Part shown: one piece after another, positions 57,644-64,000 of the stretch
How the letters are laid out: every line of letters starts with the position of its first letter
How positions within the stretch are numbered: the stretch's first letter is position 1
Source of the DNA: Candidatus Methylomirabilia bacterium
GTDB lineage: Bacteria > Methylomirabilota > Methylomirabilia > Rokubacteriales > CSP1-6
NCBI GenBank assembly: GCA_041496385.1
Contig: JBGQEL010000007.1
Location: forward strand, 1 to 64,000
Direction of reading: 5' to 3'
Length of the DNA stretch: 64,000 bases
Made by a program: the position numbers and the translations under genes
Notes under the pieces: generated by a model
Databases searched by the model: none
The model's input: the letters and a program-made list of their open reading frames with translations, nothing else
Told to the model about the DNA's origin: nothing

Positions 57644-58519
57644 CTACTCGACGCGGAACAGGGTGACCGCGTTCTTGTAGGCTACGCGCTCGGCGACGTC
57701 GGCCTTGAGCTCGCCGAGCACGCGCCGCGTCCACGTCAAGAGCCGGTCGAGCATCGCCGGCTCGAAGAGTCGTGGCGCCCAGACGTCCACCCCCATGAGG
57801 AAGCGGTCGGGATGCTTCTCGATCAGGGCTTTCCAGGCCGGATCGAGGGGCCCCGTCTCCGACGCGAGGGCGGGCTTCCGCTGAAAGTGCATGCCCGAGA
57901 GGTCCACGCGGAGGTTCGGGTTGCGCGCGAGAAGCCCCTCGACGCGCGCGGGCGGACCTTCGCCCGCGTGGGCGAGGACGACCGTCGCCTTCGGGTGGGC
58001 GGCCAGCGCGCGGTCGAGGGCGGTGGCGGCGGCGTCCGTCAGCTCGTAGTGAATCACGACCGGGACCCCGCGCCGTGCCGCCACCTCGAGGACCTTGCCG
58101 AACGCCGGATCACCGGGATCCCGCTCGATGTTGCGCCGCCCCATCTGGCGCAGGTGCACCTCGCCAATCGCGCGCGCGCGCGACGTTTCGAGCGCGCCGT
58201 CGAGCCGCGCGGCCGCGCCGTCGTCGCTCGGGTCCGGGAGCGGCAGCGCCGTGAGCACGCGGTCCGGATACTTGCGCGCCGCCGCGGCGATCAACGCGGG
58301 GTCGTCTTTCTGGACGCCGCCCACCCCGAGGAGCAACACCTTGGCGACGTTGTGGCGCTTCATCGCCGCGGCATATGCGTCGATCGCCTTGGCGTCGGGG
58401 AGGTGCGAGTGCGCATCGATCAGCGGCCCGGCGTAGTCGGCGGCGTCGGCCATCGGCACGCCACCGAGGAGGGCGCAGAGCCACGTCCCGACGGTCAGCG
58501 CGCGCGAGATCCGCCTCAT
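57644..58519 (-). CDS. Exported amidohydrolase_2 family protein
   Basis: Signal peptide, IDAHSH, IGE, VIH, LAHAG, MGVD. Confidence 0.82.
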   Translation of the reverse strand: MRRISRALTVGTWLCALLGGVPMADAADYAGPLIDAHSHLPDAKAIDAYAAAMKRHNVAKVLLLGVGGVQKDDPALIAAAARKYPDRVLTALPLPDPSDDGAAARLDGALETSRARAIGEVHLRQMGRRNIERDPGDPAFGKVLEVAARRGVPVVIHYELTDAAATALDRALAAHPKATVVLAHAGEGPPARVEGLLARNPNLRVDLSGMHFQRKPALASETGPLDPAWKALIEKHPDRFLMGVDVWAPRLFEPAMLDRLLTWTRRVLGELKADVAERVAYKNAVTLFRVE

Positions 58520-58674
58520 TTCCGTGCCGCCTTCTTGAGGTGCTGGGTGAGGGCCTCCATGATCCGGGCGAGGGCTTCCTTCTCGGTGCGGCCCGTCACC
58601 GTCACCCCGTAGGCGACGGCGGTCGCGACCCACTCCTTCGCCTCGTTCTGATGGACCTCCACCTCGAACTGCAT
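58516..58674 (-). CDS. HicB/UPF0150-like small protein (52 aa), absent from the ORF track
   Basis: MQFEVEVHQNEAKEWVATAVAYGVTVTGRTEKEALARIMEALTQHLKKAARK; ATGA overlap with the amidohydrolase start. Confidence 0.7.
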   Translation of the reverse strand: MQFEVEVHQNEAKEWVATAVAYGVTVTGRTEKEALARIMEALTQHLKKAARK

Positions 58675-58735
58675 CGCGGGCTAGAGTAGCACTAAGAGAT
58701 CGACGCGCGCACAGCCCGGCCGGCGATCGCGGGAC

Positions 58736-59161
58736 TCAGTGGCTCTTCGGGATGCTCGGGTGTCCGGCCGCCTCGTCGGCAATCGCATGATCGTTGTCGG
58801 CGGGCACCGCTCCGCTCACCCCGACCGCCCCCACGATCTGGCCGCCCTCCACGAGCGGGACCGCGCCGCGCCCGAAGACGAACCGGTAGTCGCCGAGCGT
58901 GGCCACGTTGTCCGCGAACAGCTGGCGGCCCTTGTTGAAGCGCTCCTCGAGATCGTGCGTTGTTGCCCGGAACGCCGAGGCGGCGTTGGCCTTGGCGCGT
59001 GCGATCTCGGGCGTCACCCAGAGCGCGCCGTCCATGCGGGCGCACGCCACGAGGTGCCCCGCCTCATCCACAACGGCGATCGCGACCGTGAAACCGAGCG
59101 TCCGTGCCTTGGCGAAGCCACGCTCGATGCACTCCCGCGCCTGCTTCAGCGTGAGCGCCAT
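58736..59161 (-). CDS. GlcG/HbpS family heme-binding protein
   Basis: IAVVDEAG, RMDGA, AKA, GAVGVSG, D. Confidence 0.88.
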   Translation of the reverse strand: MALTLKQARECIERGFAKARTLGFTVAIAVVDEAGHLVACARMDGALWVTPEIARAKANAASAFRATTHDLEERFNKGRQLFADNVATLGDYRFVFGRGAVPLVEGGQIVGAVGVSGAVPADNDHAIADEAAGHPSIPKSH

Positions 59162-59171
59162 CCGGTCCTCC

Positions 59172-59480
59172 TCACGGGACCTCCACCCAGACGTCCCCGG
59201 CCTCGACGCGGACCTGGTAACTGGCGACGCGCCCGCCGCGCTTCGGCATCACGCACTCGCCCGTGCGCACGTCGTACATCCAGCCGTGCCACGGGCACGC
59301 GAGACGGACGCCCGACAGCCTGCCCTCGTTGAGCGGCCCGCCCTGGTGGGCGCACACGTCCTCGCACGCGTAGACCTCGTCCTTCACGCGCGCCAGGACG
59401 ATGCGGAGCCCGCTCGTCTCGACGAGCCTCGTCCGGCCCGCCCCGAGGTCGTCGAGGCGGGCCACCCTGACGGCGCTCAC
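59172..59480 (-). CDS. Rieske-type [2Fe-2S] ferredoxin
   Basis: CAHQGGPL...CPWHGW (CxH/CxxH); ~102 aa; GTG start 2 nt after the upstream stop. Confidence 0.9.
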   Translation of the reverse strand: MSAVRVARLDDLGAGRTRLVETSGLRIVLARVKDEVYACEDVCAHQGGPLNEGRLSGVRLACPWHGWMYDVRTGECVMPKRGGRVASYQVRVEAGDVWVEVP

Positions 59481-59482
59481 GC

Positions 59483-60166
59483 CTACAGCTCTTCCTTGAG
59501 CACGTACGCGCGATGGAGGCCGGTCATGTACTGCCAGCGCATCTCGGTCGCCTGGCGCACCGCCTCGGCCGCCTCCCCGCGCTTCTCGGGCGTCGTCGAG
59601 TGACGCTCGACGATCTGGTAGCCACGCTCGCCGTGGATCTCGTCGGCCTCGATGTGGATCGCGAAGAACTCCACCTCGTGGTCGCCGAAGCCGTAGTGCG
59701 TCTTGAGCGGCGGCAGGTTGCGCTTGTAGATGCCGGGCACCTGCGACTCGAGCCCGACGAGGAGCCCGGCGGCCGCGACGTGGAAGGGCCGGCGCGTCAT
59801 TTCTAAACACCAGGCGGTCAGACCGCGCGTCGTCGGAAGCTGGCGCGTGGTCTCGACCTCCTTACGGCTGACGCCACATGCCTCCGCGAAGCGGATCAGG
59901 AGGTCCACGTGCTTCGTGCCCGACTCCTCCTCGATGATGTTCTCGAGCAGGAAGTCACGCGCGTCGGAGTCGGGACACTCGCCGTACACCGTCGCGCACC
60001 AGCGGGGGAACTGGGAGACATACTGGTAGTGCTGCGACGCCCAGGCGCCGAGCTGCGCGCGCGTCAGCTCTCCCTTGACCCATTTCTCGGTGAAGGGGTT
60101 CAGGCGGCTGTGCCGGGCGTTGACGGCATCCTCAAGCTGCTTTCGGAACGGACTCATCTCGGCCAT
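59483..60166 (-). CDS. CADD/PqqC/TenA-like heme-oxygenase-like diiron oxidase
   Basis: ENIIEEE...H, GLESQ, HIEADEIH (E/H/E/HxxxDxxH ligand set); AGGAGG RBS. Confidence 0.85.
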   Translation of the reverse strand: MAEMSPFRKQLEDAVNARHSRLNPFTEKWVKGELTRAQLGAWASQHYQYVSQFPRWCATVYGECPDSDARDFLLENIIEEESGTKHVDLLIRFAEACGVSRKEVETTRQLPTTRGLTAWCLEMTRRPFHVAAAGLLVGLESQVPGIYKRNLPPLKTHYGFGDHEVEFFAIHIEADEIHGERGYQIVERHSTTPEKRGEAAEAVRQATEMRWQYMTGLHRAYVLKEEL

Positions 60167-60181
60167 CGCGGGCCTCCTTTC

Positions 60182-60832
60182 TCAGTCGACCAGCCGGAAG
60201 ATCGCGTCGCGGACCCGCCGGATGTGCAGCGTCATGAGCCGCTCGGCGCGCCTCGTCGCGCCGCGCTTGAGGGCGTCGATGATCGCGAGGTGCTCGCGGA
60301 GGAGCGCCTGGGCACGCCGGGGCGCCACGATCGACATGGTCCAGACGGGGCGTACCTGCTCGCGCATCTGCTCCAGGACCTGGGCGAGCGTGGAATTCTC
60401 CGCGCGCTTCACGATCAGGCCGTGGAACTCCTCGCCGAGCGGCCGCACCTCCGTATGGGTCGCGAGGGGTCCGCGCGCACGGAGTTCGCGGAAGCGCGCC
60501 TCGAAGTCCTCGAGCTCCTCGCGGCCGAGGCGGGGCGCCGCCAGCCGAACCGCAAGGGCCTCGAGGGCCTCGCGGACCTCGTACAGGTCGCGGATCTCGT
60601 CGTGCGACAGCGTCCGTACGAACGCCCCCTTCTTCGGCACCACGCGAACGAGACGGTCGCGCTCGAGCTTGGCCAGTGCCTCACGGACGGGAGTGCGGCT
60701 CACCCGGAAGCGCCGGCAGAGCTCGCCCTCCGTCAGCGGCTCGCCCGGATCGAAGTCGCGGTCGAGGATCGCCTGCCGCAGGGCCGCGTAGACCGTATCG
60801 GCCAGGTAGGTGTGGGGGCGCGTGCGGGGCAC
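60182..60832 (-). CDS. GntR (FCD) family transcriptional regulator
   Basis: VSRTPVREAL wHTH, FH, EH..I..A. Confidence 0.92.
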   Translation of the reverse strand: MPRTRPHTYLADTVYAALRQAILDRDFDPGEPLTEGELCRRFRVSRTPVREALAKLERDRLVRVVPKKGAFVRTLSHDEIRDLYEVREALEALAVRLAAPRLGREELEDFEARFRELRARGPLATHTEVRPLGEEFHGLIVKRAENSTLAQVLEQMREQVRPVWTMSIVAPRRAQALLREHLAIIDALKRGATRRAERLMTLHIRRVRDAIFRLVD

Positions 60833-60837
60833 GGCTC

Positions 60838-60866
60838 CTTCTACATACCTCTTGTATACATGTCAA
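60838..60866 (-). promoter_or_regulatory. gntR promoter with an embedded GntR-type operator
   Basis: TTGACA-N17-TAGAAG, 5 nt before GTG; palindrome TGTATACA (60853-60860) in the spacer. Confidence 0.7.
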
Positions 60867-60944
60867 GGCGATCGACAAGACCGGAAATGCGGATTGACCC
60901 GCGGGAGGGCCCGGGTATCATCAGGGCACTTCGTGAGGACGCCC

Positions 60945-61988
60945 ATGATGCCGACGCTGCCGACACGCGACGCGAGCCTGCCCCCCGCCTTCTCGCAGGC
61001 GCTCGAGGCGCTCTCGCTGGGGCCGCTCTGGACCGCGCTGCACGTGCTCCTGCCCCAGGAGCATCTGTCGCGGGCGGTGCCGCACCGCTGGCGATGGCGC
61101 GACGCGCGGCCGCTGCTCCTCGAGGCGGCGCGCCTCGTGCCGATCGAGCAGGCGGAGCGCCGGGTGCTCGTGCTGGAGAACCCGGGTCTCACGGGGACGT
61201 ATTCGGTCACCGCGACGCTCTACGCCGGACTTCAGATCATCCTGCCCGGCGAGACGGCGCCGAGCCACCACCACACGCCCGCGGCCCTCCGGCTCGTCAT
61301 CGAGGGGCGCGGCGCGTTCACGACCGTGGAGGGCGTGAAGTGCGCCATGGAGCCCGGCGACCTCATCATCACGCCGCCGATGCGCTGGCACGACCACGGC
61401 CACGAGGGACGCGAGCCGGTTGTCTGGCTCGACGGGCTCGACATCCCGCTCCTGCGGGCCCTCGAGGGCGCCTGGGCCTCGCCGATGCGGCCGGCACAGC
61501 CGCCCGCGACGGCGGGCGACCCCTCGCAGGACGAGTTCACCGCGGCTGGTCTCGTGCCACGCCGCTCACGTTACCCCGACACGGGATATCCGCAGGTCCG
61601 CTGGCCGTGGGCCAGCGTGCGGCCCGCGCTCGCGGCCGCCGCCGCCGCGGCGCCGCACGACCAGCCGGTCGTCCTCCGATACGTCAACCCGCGCACCGGC
61701 GCCCCGCCCCTCGCGACGATGGGATGCGAGGCGCAGTGGCTGCGACCCGGCGAGCGTGCCCGCGCGGCGCGGAGCAGCGCGAGCGCGGTCTACCAGGTGA
61801 TCGAGGGCCGGGGCGAGACGTGCGTGGGCGACCGGGTGCTCGCCTGGGAGGAGGGCGACACGTTCGTCGCGCCAGCGTGGCATCCCATCGAGCATCGGAA
61901 CGCGTCGTCCTCGGCGCCGGCGTGCCTCTTCCAGTTCAACGACGAGCCCGTGCTGCGCGCGCTCGGGCTCCTGCTCGAGGAATACTAA
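60945..61988 (+). CDS. Gentisate 1,2-dioxygenase-like bicupin
   Basis: ERRVLVLENPG, LYAGLQ, SHHHTP, WHDH, WLDGLD; TTGACC-N16-TATCAT upstream. Confidence 0.85.
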   Translation: MMPTLPTRDASLPPAFSQALEALSLGPLWTALHVLLPQEHLSRAVPHRWRWRDARPLLLEAARLVPIEQAERRVLVLENPGLTGTYSVTATLYAGLQIILPGETAPSHHHTPAALRLVIEGRGAFTTVEGVKCAMEPGDLIITPPMRWHDHGHEGREPVVWLDGLDIPLLRALEGAWASPMRPAQPPATAGDPSQDEFTAAGLVPRRSRYPDTGYPQVRWPWASVRPALAAAAAAAPHDQPVVLRYVNPRTGAPPLATMGCEAQWLRPGERARAARSSASAVYQVIEGRGETCVGDRVLAWEEGDTFVAPAWHPIEHRNASSSAPACLFQFNDEPVLRALGLLLEEY

Positions 61989-62007
61989 CCGCGGGGTCCG
62001 CGCGGGC

Positions 62008-63051
62008 TCAGAGGGCCGAGACGCGGTTCTTGCCGAGTCGCTTGGCCTCGTTCAGCGCACGCTCGGCCTGCGCCATCAAGTCCTCGGCCGACGCCGCGTC
62101 GGCGGGCAGGGCGGCGACGCCGAAGCACGCGGTCACCACGCCCTCCGCGAAGGGGTGGCGCTCGATGACCGCGCGGATGCGCTCGGCATACGTGACGGCG
62201 CCCGCCTTCGGCGTGTTCGCCAGGATCGCCGCGAAGTCGTCGCCCTCGCGGCGTGCCAGGATCGTGAAGCTCCGCGAGTGCTTCATCAAGAGGCGCGACG
62301 TCTCCCTCAGCACCTCGTCGCCGGCCGCACGACCCTTGTCGTCGTTGAGCCGCCTGAAGTCGTCGAGGTCGAAATAGACGAGCGAGAGCGGATGGCCGAA
62401 GCGGGCGCTCCGCTTCGCCTCCTCGTCGACGCGCAGGGCGAAGTAGCGGCGATTGTAGAGCTCGGTGAGCCCATCCTTGAACGACAGGTCCTCGAGCCGC
62501 GCGTTGCGGATCGCGATCGCCGCCTGGGAGGCGAGGGCGAGGATCAGCCTCTCGTACTCCAGATCGAACGGCACGATCGCGCCGTTCTCGCTCAGCGCGT
62601 TGAGGAGTTCGAGGACGCCCACGATGTTGCCGGTGGGGTCCTGCAACGGCACGACGAAGACCGACCGGGTCCCGTAGTCGTTGCTGGCGTCGACCTTCTG
62701 GTTGAACGACAGCGTCTGCTGCACCCCGATCGCGTAGGCGTCGGCGACGTTGATGATCTCACCGGTCTTCGCGACGTGGCCGGCGAGGCTCGGCTCGGAG
62801 AGGGGCAGGGGGGCCGCCTGAAGGCGTCGTTGCATGTCGCGCTTGCCAAAGCGCGACTCGAGGAAATCGTTCTGGACTACCGCGAAGCGGAGCTGGTCGC
62901 CTTCGCGGAGGAAGAGGGTGCCGGCCTCGGCGTGGGTGAACCGCCGGGCCTGCTCGAGGATCCGTTCCAGGAGGGCGTAGAGATCGCGCTCGCTCGTGAG
63001 CGCGATGCCGATCTCGATGAGGTCCTCCAGTCGCTGGGTGCGATCGGGCAT
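62008..63051 (-). CDS. GAF-GGDEF protein with degenerate active site (EGDDF)
   Basis: GAF, DGLTELYNRRY, DLDDF, REGDDF, GKNRV. Confidence 0.88.
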   Translation of the reverse strand: MPDRTQRLEDLIEIGIALTSERDLYALLERILEQARRFTHAEAGTLFLREGDQLRFAVVQNDFLESRFGKRDMQRRLQAAPLPLSEPSLAGHVAKTGEIINVADAYAIGVQQTLSFNQKVDASNDYGTRSVFVVPLQDPTGNIVGVLELLNALSENGAIVPFDLEYERLILALASQAAIAIRNARLEDLSFKDGLTELYNRRYFALRVDEEAKRSARFGHPLSLVYFDLDDFRRLNDDKGRAAGDEVLRETSRLLMKHSRSFTILARREGDDFAAILANTPKAGAVTYAERIRAVIERHPFAEGVVTACFGVAALPADAASAEDLMAQAERALNEAKRLGKNRVSAL

Positions 63052-63061
63052 CCGCCTCGGC

Positions 63062-64000
63062 TCATCCCGCGACCCGGTTCCGACCGAGCCGCTTCGCGTC
63101 GTAGAGCGCCCGATCGGCGGCCACGATCAGGTCGTCGGCGGAGGCGGCATCGTCCGGGAGTGAGGCGACACCGACGCTCACGGTGGCCCAGCCGTGCCGG
63201 AACGCGTGCTGTTCGACCACCGACTGGATGCGCTCGGCATAGGTGACGGCCCCGGCCTTCGCGGTGTTGACGAGGATGATCGCGAACTCGTCGCCGCCAT
63301 AGCGGGTGACGACGCTGAAGCTCCGCGAGTGCTTCAGCAGGAGCCGTGCGATGTCACGAAGCGCCTCGTCACCCGCGCGGTGGCCGAAGCGATCGTTGAT
63401 GTCCTTGAAGCGGTCGACGTCGAGGAGGGCGAGCGAGAGCGGCTCGCCGAAGCGTTTGTGGCGCTTGTACTCCTCCTCCATGCGGATCATGAAATAGCGC
63501 CGGTTGTAGACGTCGGTCAGCGCGTCCTTGAACGACAGATCCTCGAGACGCGCGTTGCGAATCGCGACCGCCGCCTGGGAGGCGAGCGCGCGCACCAGGC
63601 TCTCGTACTGGGTGTCGAACGGCACGATGCGCCCGTGGTCCACCGCGTTGATCAGCTCCAGCACGCCGAGGATGGTGCCGCTCGGCTCCTGGAGCGGCAC
63701 CACCAGGATCGACTGCGTCCGGTAGTTCGTCCGCGCGTCGACGCTGGCGTCGAACCGGTACGGACGGTCGGGCGGGATCATGTACGTGTCGTGGAGGTTC
63801 AGGATGTCGCCAGTCAGCGCCACGTGCCCCGCCAGCGAGAGTTCCCGCAGGTGGAGCGGCTGCTCCTGTAGCCGGTGTTTCATCTCCTCCAAGCCGAGCT
63901 CGCCCGCCAGGCGGTCGTTCTGCACGACCGCGAAGTGGAGGAGATCGCCCTCGCGGAGGAACAGCGTGCCCGCCTCCGCGCGCGTGAACCGCCGCGCCTC
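63062..64000 (-). CDS. GAF-GGDEF diguanylate cyclase (5' end beyond the window)
   Basis: DALTDVYNRRY, DVDRFK, YGGDEF, GRNRV; frame open to 64000. Confidence 0.9.
   Translation of the reverse strand, partial: EARRFTRAEAGTLFLREGDLLHFAVVQNDRLAGELGLEEMKHRLQEQPLHLRELSLAGHVALTGDILNLHDTYMIPPDRPYRFDASVDARTNYRTQSILVVPLQEPSGTILGVLELINAVDHGRIVPFDTQYESLVRALASQAAVAIRNARLEDLSFKDALTDVYNRRYFMIRMEEEYKRHKRFGEPLSLALLDVDRFKDINDRFGHRAGDEALRDIARLLLKHSRSFSVVTRYGGDEFAIILVNTAKAGAVTYAERIQSVVEQHAFRHGWATVSVGVASLPDDAASADDLIVAADRALYDAKRLGRNRVAG

Noticed and set aside
58516..58674. Complete HicAB toxin-antitoxin module
   Set aside because: No HicA-like ORF adjacent on either side
59483..60166. PQQ biosynthesis (pqqC) or thiamin salvage (tenA) assignment
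   Set aside because: No pqqA/B/D/E or thi genes nearby, and the diiron ligand set fits CADD-like HDOs better
1..64000. tRNA/rRNA genes, IS elements, integrases, prophage or defence systems
   Set aside because: No recognisable motifs; intergenic gaps are short and composition looks uniform by eye (an Infernal/tRNAscan run would be needed to exclude small ncRNAs)

Overview
High-GC (roughly 70%+) bacterial chromosomal segment. It is gene-dense, with about 68 CDS and many GTGA/ATGA start-stop overlaps; gene content and style resemble Candidatus Rokubacteria/Methylomirabilota (inference). I found no rRNA, tRNA, CRISPR array, transposase or prophage. Main content: (1) a split cobalamin-dependent methionine-synthase-like operon (corrinoid protein, Hcy-methyltransferase, reactivation domain, aroK, YitJ-type Hcy-MT/MTHFR) with no pterin-binding module, plus a nearby DUF169-MtaA/URO-D methyltransferase fusion; (2) two sigma54 two-component systems, a multi-GAF kinase/NtrC pair and a malic enzyme-linked CbrX/CbrA/CbrB-like SLC5 kinase, with three recognisable -24/-12 promoters; (3) housekeeping and metabolic genes (ilvA, udg family 5, HtrA, M16 pair, qor, citrate synthase, DapF with Ser in place of both catalytic Cys, LOG, ccr, F420-LLM, MATE); (4) a GntR-controlled cluster with a CADD/PqqC-like heme-oxygenase-like diiron oxidase, a Rieske ferredoxin and a GlcG heme-binding protein, divergent from a gentisate-dioxygenase-like cupin; (5) tandem GAF-GGDEF paralogs. 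Also present are two deletion-fusion gene remnants, two small proteins missing from the ORF track, a probable ATC start codon and many leaderless-type promoters.
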